Of a stretch of DNA of 64,000 nucleotides, positions 35,086 to 45,248 are shown in pieces. The DNA is from Patescibacteria group bacterium. Its GTDB lineage: Bacteria > Patescibacteriota > Microgenomatia > Levybacterales > UBA12049. The stretch's first letter is position 1, and the number at the start of each line of letters is the position of its first letter. Under the pieces are notes generated by a model, which did not search any database, was not told where the DNA came from, and worked only from the letters and a program-made list of their open reading frames with translations. The position numbers and the translations under genes were made by a program. The DNA lies in contig JBBTTO010000002.1 in the NCBI GenBank assembly GCA_038064195.1, forward strand, positions 402,387 to 466,386. Direction: 5' to 3'.

Positions 35086-37473
35086 ATGGAAAAAGTAGTC
35101 CCAGTTATACCAATCAGAGACGGCATTATTTTCCCCAATACCGACTCAGTTCTTACATTTGGCAGACCCAAAAGTCTAGCGGCCCTTGAATCTTCATTTG
35201 AACACGAACGCATTGTTTGTTTTGTCCTGCAAAAAAGTTCCCGCGTGAACGATCCCGAGCCGGAAGACCTCTTTGAAGTCGGTACCCTTTCCCGCATCGA
35301 GCGCATGATCAGGGCAGATGGTGAGATCAATGCTCAGGTCCGTGGCTTGAACCGTGTCCGTATCCTCTCCTATGAGAAGCAGGATAACTTTTTTGTCGCG
35401 CGTGTTGTCGAGATTGAGGAAGAGTTGGATAACAATCCCGAGGTAACCGCTCTCTGCAACCACCTTACCAACGAATTCCGCCGCGCCATGAACTTCGGCA
35501 AGTCAGCCGATTTTTTAGTCTTTATGAACATCATGTCTGAGAACTCACCCTCTGAGCTATCAGATCTTGTTGCATCAGCCCTTGACCTTAAGCCTACCGA
35601 GCGCCAGGAGTTACTCGAAATGACCAATGTCAAAGAGCGCCTGCAAAAATTAGTTGATTTGCTTGCCAAAGAAATCCGTGTTTTAGAGCTTGAACGTCGT
35701 ATCGCCAGTAAGACCCAGGAGCGCTTTGAGAAAGGTGCTAGAGAGGCTATCCTCAGGGAACGCTTAAAGACGATTGAGAAAGAACTCGGTGAAGAAGAAG
35801 GCGGTAGCGAGATCAAAGAACTCATGCAAAAAGTCAAAGAAGCCAAGATGCCTGAGGATGTTGAGGATAAAGCCAAAAAAGAAGTCAAAAAGCTGGCTCA
35901 AATGAACCAGTTCAATCCTGAGGCCGGATATATCCGTAACTATATAGACTGGCTCATCTCACTCCCCTGGAGTGTTGAAAGTAAGACAGATCTTAATATC
36001 AAAGCCGCTGAAAAAATCCTCAACGAAGACCACTACGGTCTGCCGAAAGTTAAAGAGCGTATTCTCGAGTACTTAGCTGTGCAGAAATTAGCCGGCAAGA
36101 TGAAGTCTCCGATTCTTTGTTTTGTCGGACCACCCGGAGTGGGTAAGACATCCCTTGGTAAATCCATCGCCAGGTCTTTAGGCCGTAAGTTCATCCGTGT
36201 CTCCTTAGGCGGGATCAGAGATGAGGCAGAAATCCGCGGTCATCGCAGGACCTATGTCGGCGCACTCCCCGGACGCATTATTCAGGGGATTAAAGACTCC
36301 GGTACGCGCAATCCCGTCTTTATGTTAGACGAGATCGACAAAGTCGGTGCAGATTTCCGCGGTGATCCGTCCAGTGCCTTACTTGAAGCTTTAGATCCAG
36401 AACAGAATACTGATTTTTCAGATCATTATTTGGAAGTTCCTTTCGATCTGTCTAACGTCATGTTCATCACCACCGCCAATGTTTTGGATACCATTCCGCC
36501 GGCTCTGCGTGACCGTCTGGAGATCATTCAATTTGCAGGCTATACCCATGATGAGAAATTCCACATCGTTGAGCAGTTTTTGCTCAAAAAGCAGATGGAA
36601 ATGCACGGTCTTAAAGCTAAGCAGGTTACTCTAACACCTGAGGCGATCAACTTTATTATCAATCATTACACCCGTGAAGCAGGCGTCCGTAACTTAGAGC
36701 GACGTATCGCAACTATCTTTAGGAAAGTCGCCCGTAAGGTAGCTGAAGGGAAGCGGGTCAAGATCACGATTACTGAGAAGGACATTACCAAATACTTAGG
36801 GCCTGTGAAGCACAGTTCCACTCAGGTTGAGAAGCAGGATCAGATCGGACAGTCGACAGGTTTGGCCTGGACTGAGGCAGGAGGCGAGATACTCTTTATC
36901 GAAGTCGCGCTTATGCCGGGCAAAGGTCAGCTGACTCTGACCGGGCAGTTAGGCGATGTGATGAAAGAGTCCTGTCAGGCCGCACTCTCCTACATCAGAG
37001 CCCGTGCGGATTATTTCGGCATCGCGGATAAAGTTTTTCAAAAGACAGATATCCATGTCCACGTCCCTGAGGGTGCAGTTCCCAAAGACGGCCCTTCAGC
37101 AGGTCTGGCCATAACGACGGCTATCGTCTCAGCTCTTACTCACATTCCGGTGAAAAGGACTGTCGGTATGACAGGTGAGGTTACCCTTCGCGGACGCGCA
37201 CTCGAGATCGGCGGAGTCAAAGAAAAAGTTATCGCCGCTCATCGCGCCGGACTTAAAACAATTTTACTTCCTAAAGATAACAAAAAGGATCTTGAAGAAG
37301 TACCTGAGGAAGTTCTTAAAGATGTCGAGTTCAAATTCGTTTCACATATGGATGACGTCCTGGAGCTGGCACTCACTAAGCCTTTGAAAGTAAAGCACAC
37401 CAAAGAAGATATCGAGATGGGCTATATCCCGACACGTCAGGTCGTATCCCATCGCCCCTACAAAGCAGACTGA
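35086..37473 (+). CDS. lon: ATP-dependent protease Lon
   Basis: Lon N-domain, AAA+ Walker [10 protein letters not shown], Ser-Lys dyad region [15 protein letters not shown]...K. The track start is TTG at 35074; the first ATG is 35086. Confidence 0.9.
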   Translation: MEKVVPVIPIRDGIIFPNTDSVLTFGRPKSLAALESSFEHERIVCFVLQKSSRVNDPEPEDLFEVGTLSRIERMIRADGEINAQVRGLNRVRILSYEKQDNFFVARVVEIEEELDNNPEVTALCNHLTNEFRRAMNFGKSADFLVFMNIMSENSPSELSDLVASALDLKPTERQELLEMTNVKERLQKLVDLLAKEIRVLELERRIASKTQERFEKGAREAILRERLKTIEKELGEEEGGSEIKELMQKVKEAKMPEDVEDKAKKEVKKLAQMNQFNPEAGYIRNYIDWLISLPWSVESKTDLNIKAAEKILNEDHYGLPKVKERILEYLAVQKLAGKMKSPILCFVGPPGVGKTSLGKSIARSLGRKFIRVSLGGIRDEAEIRGHRRTYVGALPGRIIQGIKDSGTRNPVFMLDEIDKVGADFRGDPSSALLEALDPEQNTDFSDHYLEVPFDLSNVMFITTANVLDTIPPALRDRLEIIQFAGYTHDEKFHIVEQFLLKKQMEMHGLKAKQVTLTPEAINFIINHYTREAGVRNLERRIATIFRKVARKVAEGKRVKITITEKDITKYLGPVKHSSTQVEKQDQIGQSTGLAWTEAGGEILFIEVALMPGKGQLTLTGQLGDVMKESCQAALSYIRARADYFGIADKVFQKTDIHVHVPEGAVPKDGPSAGLAITTAIVSALTHIPVKRTVGMTGEVTLRGRALEIGGVKEKVIAAHRAGLKTILLPKDNKKDLEEVPEEVLKDVEFKFVSHMDDVLELALTKPLKVKHTKEDIEMGYIPTRQVVSHRPYKAD

Positions 37474-37658
37474 GGGGGTGTCTCCTCAGAATGATATCCA
37501 CAGGTGCACCGCAACGCAGTTGTGGTGCACCTTAAAGACTCTGCTAAACACCACAAATAGCTTGATTTGACGCCCAAATCATCATATCACCATAATGTAT
37601 GGTTTTAGCCTCAGACCATACTTGACCATATATTGTATGGAGTGCATACTAGTGATAC

Positions 37659-38330
37659 ATGGATGAGTCAGCTGCCCGACCAGAAGAACAAATTGACGGC
37701 CGTACTGTTTCAGGCCCCAAACATCCCCATGACTCCCACGGTCATTTCATCCACAAATTCCCAACCCCGCCTAAGCCGGGATCACAGCCCAGCCTCACCG
37801 AAAAACTTTTCCCAACCCATGTCTCGGTAGACCATAAAGTTACCCAGGACGCTTTGTTAGACGTTCACATCGGCAATCCACTCCGTCGGATCACTCAGCT
37901 TCTGGAGGAGATAAAGCGCCAAAAAGCCTTTTCTTTCACCCTGAAAGGCTCCCTCGGTATCATGGGAGTGGCTTTGGCGTTATCGGTCTTTGGTTTTTTT
38001 GGTAGTTCCAAAGTCCTCTGTGACAAAGGCACGCAGACGTTATCCGGCACGATCAAATCTCTCTCAGTCATGGATCGCCCCGCTCAGATTCCCGTTCTTT
38101 CTACAGTTATTAACTCTGCCAATTATTTACTGTTTCACAAAGGCTGGCCGACAGGGACCAAGCGCTATGTTCTCGTTGATCTGAAAGACGCCTCGACGAT
38201 CGGATTGCAGGCCAGCGAATCAGACCTGAATTCATTCCTCAATCAAGTCGTCTATATCACAGGTGGCTATGATAGTTGCTCACGAGTATTGAAAGTCACC
38301 CAGCCCCACGCCATTGAAGAACTCCACTAA
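37659..38330 (+). CDS. hypothetical protein; possible small secreted protein starting at an internal Met
   Basis: The N-terminal 100 aa are low-complexity; a signal-like segment MGVALALSVFGFFGSS begins near 37962. Confidence 0.35.
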   Translation: MDESAARPEEQIDGRTVSGPKHPHDSHGHFIHKFPTPPKPGSQPSLTEKLFPTHVSVDHKVTQDALLDVHIGNPLRRITQLLEEIKRQKAFSFTLKGSLGIMGVALALSVFGFFGSSKVLCDKGTQTLSGTIKSLSVMDRPAQIPVLSTVINSANYLLFHKGWPTGTKRYVLVDLKDASTIGLQASESDLNSFLNQVVYITGGYDSCSRVLKVTQPHAIEELH

Positions 38331-38459
38331 GTCTCATAGTTTTTGATTTTAATTCCAGCTTTGCTATACTACTCTTACTGTTTTTGATCCGTGGGGTAGA
38401 TTCTCACGGGGAGAACTCAGTGATCTTATTTGCAGTAGAGCCAGCATTGGAGGAAGGCC

Positions 38460-38810
38460 ATGAAGATGATTGCCGACAGAGCGCTTTTTGAGGAGGTTCT
38501 CAGACGTGCTAGCTCGTTTCGACTCAGACCGGACTTAGCGATGATTCGGATGACGCGTCACCCGCTCACTCCGAGACACTTGTCTGGTTACGGCTACGAG
38601 ATCATCGCCGCTGCCAATGAAGCGACCTTGCGCGGCCTTTTGGTCGGGCAGCCGCTTAGTCTCACGGGGGAGACTCTTGAATTCTTCCCTGTCGATACGG
38701 TTCTGATAATCGAATGTGACCTGCGGTTCCCCTGGATGGGGAGGACACTGCAGACGTATGCGACGAAAGTGAACGGCTTTTTGCCGTACCACATCGTTAT
38801 GTCAGATTGA
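38460..38810 (+). CDS. hypothetical protein (high-GC island B)
   Basis: 116 aa, no recognised motif, GC above 50 %. Confidence 0.3.
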   Translation: MKMIADRALFEEVLRRASSFRLRPDLAMIRMTRHPLTPRHLSGYGYEIIAAANEATLRGLLVGQPLSLTGETLEFFPVDTVLIIECDLRFPWMGRTLQTYATKVNGFLPYHIVMSD

Positions 38811-40159
38811 CTCTATTTGCGAGTGCGCCCCGATGGACATCGGGGCGCTTTCAGTTTTCATCTCATCATTCAGGAGGTTTCATTCCCCATACTAATATCA
38901 AGTCACCTTATAATTTATTATCCGCTATCTTTGTGTATAATGCGCATATGTCAGCTGAGGTAGACCGTCGTATCGCACTTAAGCTTATGGCCATGAGCCC
39001 TATAGCACTTACTCATCCTGAAGCCGTATCTGCATTAGCTTCCCCGTCAGCACCTGTAGTCGAGGCTTCCGCTACTGGTCTTATGCCCGTTGATTCCGAA
39101 GGTTTTTTATCCGAGGTTGATAGGAGAGCTGAAGGAGAACCTGATGCTTTAGAAATGCTCAATAGGATCAATCGGTTGCACGGAGAGATGGGAACACAAA
39201 TGGTAGAAAAAGACGGTGTTACGAGCTACGCTGAAGTACTTCCGTTAGGAGATCATAATGCAGAAGTAGTGAGTGAGACATCAATGAGGGCAGATGGATC
39301 CACTTATCAAGTAGGGCGGATATCATATATACCTGATGAAGAGGGTGATTTATCTTATACGGAGTTCAATTTTGATAGCTCAGGGAGGATTTGGGTGGGG
39401 ACTCCGGCGCTGCGTCTGGGTGACATAGATCTCCAGAGTGAGGAGGGCGTTCAATATATGATTGAGGTTATGGATTGGCATGAAAAAGCTCGTCAATTCA
39501 GTCCTTCGACTGTCTGGAAAGGTGTAGACGAAGCAGTGACACTTCTTGTTGATCCGGCTGCTCAGAATACTTTTATTGAGGATCACATCGAACCTATGGT
39601 CGGCTGGGATAAAATTGATGCGATTAACACGCGCTTTTTCCCCGAGGATTATGAATTTGAGATTACAGAGCAAGGTTCTGAGCTGCTAGCATACTCTGAC
39701 CCAGAAGATGAGCGGGAACTTGATGAGGCAATGGCTTCCTATCAGCGGGGAGAGTTTACCCATCCTACAGCTTCAGATATCAGAAATCGACTTACAACTA
39801 TTGAGGAAGAAAACAACAGGGCAGCTGAGGCCATGGAAAAATTTTGGCGAGGAGAGGGTTCCGTCTACAGTGCTTCAGATTTAGAGGAGCTAATCGCCCT
39901 GAAAAAAGCAAAAGAATCCCGCCTCTGGAATGGTGGTTTTTCCCGCGTCCAGTTGTTCCATGCCTTTGCTGCATTAGGTGGGGAGGTCAAGCGGATTTTT
40001 CAAGGCGGTACCTATAAGGCTTTGCCTGATGAGCTCAAGCAGCTTTTTGCTGTTGCTGCTCTTCCGCCTCAAAGAGAAGAGGAAGCTATTGCTTCTGAAA
40101 GGGATGAGCTTATCCCTATTTCCTCCGGTTTTTCTTTCTATACCCCCGAGGGTGAATAG
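38807..40159 (+). CDS. hypothetical acidic protein (about 400 aa from the internal Met at 38948)
   Basis: The N-terminus from the internal Met, DRRIALKLMAMSPIALTHPEAVSALA, could be a Tat-like signal; no known domain recognised. Confidence 0.4.
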   Translation: MTLFASAPRWTSGRFQFSSHHSGGFIPHTNIKSPYNLLSAIFVYNAHMSAEVDRRIALKLMAMSPIALTHPEAVSALASPSAPVVEASATGLMPVDSEGFLSEVDRRAEGEPDALEMLNRINRLHGEMGTQMVEKDGVTSYAEVLPLGDHNAEVVSETSMRADGSTYQVGRISYIPDEEGDLSYTEFNFDSSGRIWVGTPALRLGDIDLQSEEGVQYMIEVMDWHEKARQFSPSTVWKGVDEAVTLLVDPAAQNTFIEDHIEPMVGWDKIDAINTRFFPEDYEFEITEQGSELLAYSDPEDERELDEAMASYQRGEFTHPTASDIRNRLTTIEEENNRAAEAMEKFWRGEGSVYSASDLEELIALKKAKESRLWNGGFSRVQLFHAFAALGGEVKRIFQGGTYKALPDELKQLFAVAALPPQREEEAIASERDELIPISSGFSFYTPEGE

Positions 40160-40288
40160 GTTATTTCCCCCACGAAAAAGGGCACGCCAGTACTGACGAG
40201 GGTACTGGAGTGCAAAGACGCGCATGTGCGTCAGTGTCTCCAAAGAGACCCTTTTTCGTCAGGCTACTTTCGTGCCCGAATTACCTTT

Positions 40289-40813
40289 CTAGCTGAAGAA
40301 GCCGCTTTCCGGCGTCCGATCTGCGTTGATCTGAGCGTCCGCATGGATGGGAGCGATCGCGATCCACCCTAGACCTTCGTCATTTTCCCCTTCAACTCCA
40401 CTGAATCCGCCGGCGAGACCGTCGAGCCAGACTCCTCCGGAGTAGGCGACGTCGCCTGGTTGGATGGTGAGGGAGTACTGGTCGATGATCATGCTTGTTT
40501 CCATTTGCTCCCGCCCGGACAGGATGGTCTTGGCGCGAGCGATGTACTGGTAGTCAGGCTTCCATAGTCCGTCCCCGTTGTATTTACGATCCACGAGGAT
40601 GAGGCCGTCGAAATGCTCGTTGAACAGATCGTCGTCCTTGGCGATCTGTTCAATCGTCACGCCTTCCGGCAGGGGTCGAAACCCCCGCGTAAAGTCCATG
40701 ATGACCAAATGGCCTGCGTTTTTATTCGCAAAGCCGGTCCTGGATAGGCGACGCAGTGCATCGCCGACGATGTCTCCTGCAACGACGAGTAGGTTAGGAT
40801 CACTGATGATCAT
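40289..40813 (-). CDS. hypothetical protein (high GC, about 57 %)
   Basis: 174 aa, no recognised motif; the codon usage contrasts with the core genes. Confidence 0.4.
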   Translation of the reverse strand: MIISDPNLLVVAGDIVGDALRRLSRTGFANKNAGHLVIMDFTRGFRPLPEGVTIEQIAKDDDLFNEHFDGLILVDRKYNGDGLWKPDYQYIARAKTILSGREQMETSMIIDQYSLTIQPGDVAYSGGVWLDGLAGGFSGVEGENDEGLGWIAIAPIHADAQINADRTPESGFFS

Positions 40814-41019
40814 GAAATCCTCCGTTCAACTTTAGCTTCCTCACAATTGAGTGAAGCCGCGAGAGAAAGATTGTGATCTTTCGCTCACTGGTTCACTCAA
40901 TATGTTTTTAGATAGAAAAGTGCTTTTAAAAGAGAACCTAAGCACGTAGCTTATATTCTCATCTAAAACACGCTCATTATAGCTAAAGAGGGGAGTGAAA
41001 TCAAACTATGGGCCAATCC

Positions 41020-41061
41020 TAATTCTTAATTCTTAATTCTTAATTCTGTATACTGTATACT
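41020..41061 (+). repeat. (TAATTCT)4 immediately followed by (GTATACT)2, heptanucleotide tandem repeats
   Basis: ccTAATTCTTAATTCTTAATTCTTAATTCTGTATACTGTATACTctcctt-ATG, ending 6 nt before the start of the 41068 gene. Confidence 0.85.
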
Positions 41062-41067
41062 CTCCTT

Positions 41068-41661
41068 ATGCTTCCTGAGTATTTTATATTTATCGGTACA
41101 GGTATTAATGCTATTGGCGCTATCAGTTACCTCATCGATACAGTTCGCGGTCGCGTCCAACCTAACCGTGTTACTTGGTTTCTCTGGGCCTTAGCCCCTC
41201 TTGTGACTGTGGCGGCGCAGCTTGATCAGGGAGTTGGGTTGCCTGCTCTTTTGACATTCAGTGTAGGTTTTTTGCCTGCACTTATTGTTATTGCTTCATT
41301 TTTTAATAAAAAAGCAGTCTGGAAGATTACTCGTTTTGATATCTTTTGCGGGGTGCTTTCCCTAGTAGGCCTTATCCTCTGGCAGATCACAAAAGTAGGA
41401 AATATTGCTATTTTACTAAGCATAGTCGCTGATCTTTTTGCCGGTATTCCGACATTTCGTAAAGCATATTCGCATCCGGATTCTGAGAGTTTTAGGGCTT
41501 TTTTCCTGGGGGCTATTGGGGCTGTCCTTGTCATACTTACTATTACCACGTGGACATTTGCTGTGGCTGCTTTTTCAGTTTATTTCTTCCTGAGCAATTC
41601 ATTGATCGCCTTCCTCGTTAAGTCCCGCATCGGCGCTCGATCCAGACATCAAATACAATAG
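41068..41661 (+). CDS. polytopic inner-membrane protein (5-6 TM), unknown function
   Basis: Hydrophobic helices throughout; no motif recognised. Confidence 0.5.
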   Translation: MLPEYFIFIGTGINAIGAISYLIDTVRGRVQPNRVTWFLWALAPLVTVAAQLDQGVGLPALLTFSVGFLPALIVIASFFNKKAVWKITRFDIFCGVLSLVGLILWQITKVGNIAILLSIVADLFAGIPTFRKAYSHPDSESFRAFFLGAIGAVLVILTITTWTFAVAAFSVYFFLSNSLIAFLVKSRIGARSRHQIQ

Positions 41662-41812
41662 TTCTAGATTGTCCTCCTTGCCCCATTTATATCAAAATAA
41701 AAACCTTAGATCGCAAACTGAGCGCAACGGGTTAAACTTTATCAAATGAAGGTCTTTTTCCAAAGAGTTAGGGGCGGCCTGGCCTTTCGGCGGGCCGCCC
41801 CTTGGTACACAT

Positions 41813-43117
41813 TTAGACGATGACAGCGCCTAACTGGATGCAGTCCTTGGCGCCATGGACAGCTTTGTCCCGACGCGCAGTGACGATGATATCAGCCAGC
41901 TGACGTTGTACATACTGGACGGTCACGCGCATGTACCAATCCTCGGTTGTCTGCAGAATAGGAGCGCTGTTGCTCCCATCTTCAAACCAGGAAAATGTTT
42001 GAGGTTGGTTAATGATCTCTTCCTGGAGGATCCAGTTCATTTGTGATTTGCAGGCATCAGAGAGATCTGACTCAAACGACGGATCGCTTGAGAAGATCGT
42101 CCCTTTCATCCCGCTGGAGATCGACTCCTTGAGGACGTATTGCTTCATGTCGAGACGCTGGACATTCCGCACCATGTTGTAGCGCGGCATGGTAGCTTCT
42201 CGTGGAAGGTTTTCCCACGTGACAGCTTGCGTTCCGACGAGGTACGTCTCTGGGATGTACTGCCTGACGCGTTGGAGTGAGTGGGCACGGATGAACGACT
42301 GCAGTAACCCCTCAAGGATGGGATCCTTACTGTCGTTTCGAAGTATCGCCAGCACTCCTTTGGCCCCGAGAAAGGGTTTGGGAGGGATGACGAAGACGAC
42401 CTTGCCTTTTTTGTACGAGTCGATGATCGTCTCGTACAATGCAGTCCGGTGGTAGAGGAACGGCAGATCGAGGAACAGTCCTTCCTTCAGAAGTGCTGTT
42501 TCCGCTTCCATCTCTGAAAAGACCTGACAGTGGAGTCCGAGTTTGGCGAACTCTGCCTGCGCGATTTCAAATTCTGGCAGGTAGAACCGTTCCTGGTCCG
42601 CGTAGAAGATCTTGACCGTGTCAAAGCCCAGCTTGCGTACGTAGTCGGTGATCAGTTTGACAGCACCGGGTAGTGCCTTTGCCTCAGGGTAGAGACTTTG
42701 GCGGAACAGCCGGCCGAGGGTTGCGTACCCTAGGCCATGTTTGTTGTGGCCGTCGATCTCAGCGATGCGGAATTCTCCCCACTCATTGACCATCAGGTCG
42801 ACTTTGAGAAGTTGGGGGAGCTGTGTCCGGTTCTGTCCTTGTAGATCGTGGTAGGCTTTGGGGACACCTGATGAAAAAATCTGCCGCAATTCTGTCCATA
42901 CGCCTCGGTAATTGAGCTCACGGTCAAAAGCGATAGTCGCTAGATGCGAGAGTCCTTGCAGGCAATCGGTGATGGCGTATCCCAGCTGAGTGAGTTCTTG
43001 CTGTTGCGCGGTCGTGATCCGATAGACGCTGGGGGACAGATGAAAAGCGTGCGTTGCACGTCTCTGTCCTTCCCAGATACGGGTATCTTCTGTGACTTTG
43101 AGTAGCGTGTCATACAT
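41813..43117 (-). CDS. glutathionylspermidine-synthase-like ATP-grasp amidoligase (YgiC/YjfC family)
   Basis: [32 protein letters not shown] parallels the YgiC region [47 protein letters not shown] parallels [20 protein letters not shown] (ATP-grasp strand-loop). Recalled from memory, not searched. Confidence 0.5.
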   Translation of the reverse strand: [434 protein letters not shown]

Positions 43118-43271
43118 GACCTCTTCTCCTTGTTTGTAAATGTGCCAGTAGTCCCGACATTTTCGGGGCTACTTTCAATAGTTCTTACGCATGACCGTAA
43201 GGACCATAGAGAGTACCCCCAACGTGAGTTGTGGTACCAGAAAGTAACGAAATATTGGTGAGCTAGAAATT

Positions 43272-43688
43272 TCATAAGTTTTTTATAATTGGGAGCAGTT
43301 CAGTCATAGTGGTGATCGTAAAATCTGCTTTGATATTGATAGAATCATCAGCAAATTTGCCCTGTTTTAGGTGGATCGTGATACAGCCAAGCTGATTGCC
43401 GATAGCTATTTCATCGACCAATCGATCGCCGACGACTATATTTTTGTCATTTTTATCGATGAGTGAGGCAAAAGCTTCGATTGTTTTTTTATCAGTAAGT
43501 AAAATTTGTTCAAAGAATTCCTCCAGTCCCATATCTTGGATAAGACTTTCACGTTTTCCCTCTTTACGTGTGATCAGGATCAGGCGGTTTTGTTTCTTTA
43601 GCTTTTTCAACAAAGGAATGACACCCGGGAACAATTTTTTGTTATCAGGATCAAAAAGTGTACGATTAAAATCAAATATAATAGTCAT
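43272..43688 (-). CDS. HAD-superfamily hydrolase-like small protein
   Basis: Motif I IIFDFNRTL (second Asp replaced by Asn); motif IV VGDRLVDEIAIGNQLG. Confidence 0.55.
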   Translation of the reverse strand: MTIIFDFNRTLFDPDNKKLFPGVIPLLKKLKKQNRLILITRKEGKRESLIQDMGLEEFFEQILLTDKKTIEAFASLIDKNDKNIVVGDRLVDEIAIGNQLGCITIHLKQGKFADDSINIKADFTITTMTELLPIIKNL

Positions 43689-43928
43689 AAATACAAAAAA
43701 CCGGCTTCCTTTCAGAACCGGTTAGTGAAAAAAAGTTTATTATTTTTTAAATCACGCTAAAGACACCGGCTCTATCCCCGCGAACCAGTGATAAAAAGAA
43801 TTTATTTTTAAATGAGACTTCATCCCTTGATGTTAGCATACCTGAGTTCGTGAGTCAATTTTTAGAAGATGGTGTGCTTTTTAGTCTTGCGACCAAGGCA
43901 GCATGAATGCTGGCACACCCACCCCGGT

Positions 43929-44348
43929 TCATTTGAGTTCGATCTTTCGATAAAAAATCCCCCCATCTCGTTCTGGGACGAGATAGAGCCCGATAAATCC
44001 CCCTCGCTCAGGATATGCCGCCATAAAGGCTTTTGTGTCCTTCATGGAGATCATGTACTCACCGACGATGACGATCTGAGATTCGGTTGCCGATGCCAAG
44101 TGGCCGATAACCGACCACAGGCTTGGTTTCCAGATATCGTCAGGGTAGTCACGGATGAGCTGGATGATCCTGAAAGCTGCTCCAGGATACCAGAGTCCGA
44201 GTTCTCCCAAGAGTTCCATGACGTCCGTTTCTTCAAGCAGCTCAAAGCCGACGTTGAGGATTCGCATGAATCCAAGTCGGATCCGTGCTGCTTCCGCTTG
44301 GCTTGGATTCTCCAAACCTTTTTCTGGACCGTCCACACAGACCTCCAC
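43929..44348 (-). CDS. hypothetical protein (high GC)
   Basis: 139 aa. The overlapping plus ORF 43869-44414 reads as Cys/Trp/His/Arg-rich noise, so the minus frame is preferred. Confidence 0.35.
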   Translation of the reverse strand: MEVCVDGPEKGLENPSQAEAARIRLGFMRILNVGFELLEETDVMELLGELGLWYPGAAFRIIQLIRDYPDDIWKPSLWSVIGHLASATESQIVIVGEYMISMKDTKAFMAAYPERGGFIGLYLVPERDGGIFYRKIELK

Positions 44349-44469
44349 TCACGACGTTACTCAAATGACGTGGGTGTAGTATACTCCAAATTCCCTTCGA
44401 ATCAACTCTCCTAATCCATGAGCACATTTTATTTCAAGTAAGGTTCTAAAGATCGCGGATTGAACGCAT

Positions 44470-44660
44470 ATATATTCTTCTAAAAACGTGCTTTTTAGAA
44501 CAAAGCGCGTAAATAAATTGTGAGTGAGTTGTCAGGGGGAATCCGGTCCTTTAGTGGCCGAAGGGGGAGGACAATCCTCCCGACAACGAACGAACAATTT
44601 TAGTGCGACTTCGCAAAGCACGCAGTTTTGTACACTTTTGCTGCCACGCCCTATGAAATA
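44470..44660 (+). ncRNA. intergenic structured element, copy R4 (R3-like)
   Basis: P1 TTCTAAAAA-cgtgc-TTTTTAGAA (44478-44500), then CAAAGCGCG; GTGAGTGAG; GAGTTGTCAGGGGGAATCCGG (reverse complement of the R3 motif GGAATCCCCCTGACAACTC); AAAGCACGCA shared with R3. Boundaries approximate. Confidence 0.35.
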
Positions 44661-44747
44661 GTAGTCCCTTGAGGAAAAGTGCAAAGAAAATCTTTTCCAA
44701 CAAAAAAGCTCACACTTTGTGAGCTTTTAAGCAGAAAAACCTAGTGC

Positions 44748-45005
44748 TTATGCAGCCATAGGTGCTTCATTTGTGTCGTCAGTGTTACCTGCGTCACTTG
44801 TGCCGGCAGAAGCGCGGGCTACATTTTTTGCAAAAGGGCCTTTATCGCCACTTCCCATTTCAAATGTAACTTTGTCGCCTACTTGAATATCATCCCAAGT
44901 CCATCCTTGCAGATCATTGGAATGGAAAAATAGATCTTTTTCTTCGCCATCACGACTAATGAATCCGAATCCTTTTTCTGTCTTTACTTTAATTATACCT
45001 TGCAT
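44748..45005 (-). CDS. cold-shock protein (CspA family) with an acidic C-terminal tail
   Basis: MQGIIKVKTEKGFGFISRDGEEKDLFFH, the RNP1-type motif. Confidence 0.8.
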   Translation of the reverse strand: MQGIIKVKTEKGFGFISRDGEEKDLFFHSNDLQGWTWDDIQVGDKVTFEMGSGDKGPFAKNVARASAGTSDAGNTDDTNEAPMAA

Positions 45006-45248
45006 TGACTTTTACTCTCCTTTCTTCTCATACATTATACCAGACAATGCAATAGCAATTTGTGATCAAAAATTTTCTAGGGGGGCAAAAGAGATTGCCT
45101 TGCTTAATTGTGCCTTTCCTGTTAAAGTGGGGACACATGACACTCCATCACGGCGGTACAAAGAAGAAGACTCCTCGCCTTTTGCGCAAAAAGATTCACG
45201 GTTCGCAACGGAATTTAAATAAAAGGCGCAAATCCCCCAAGAAATAAT

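Noticed and set aside
43869-44414. Plus-strand 181-aa ORF overlapping 43929-44348
   Set aside because: The translation is dominated by Cys/Trp/His/Arg and reads like out-of-frame high-GC sequence; the minus-strand frame gives a more protein-like composition.
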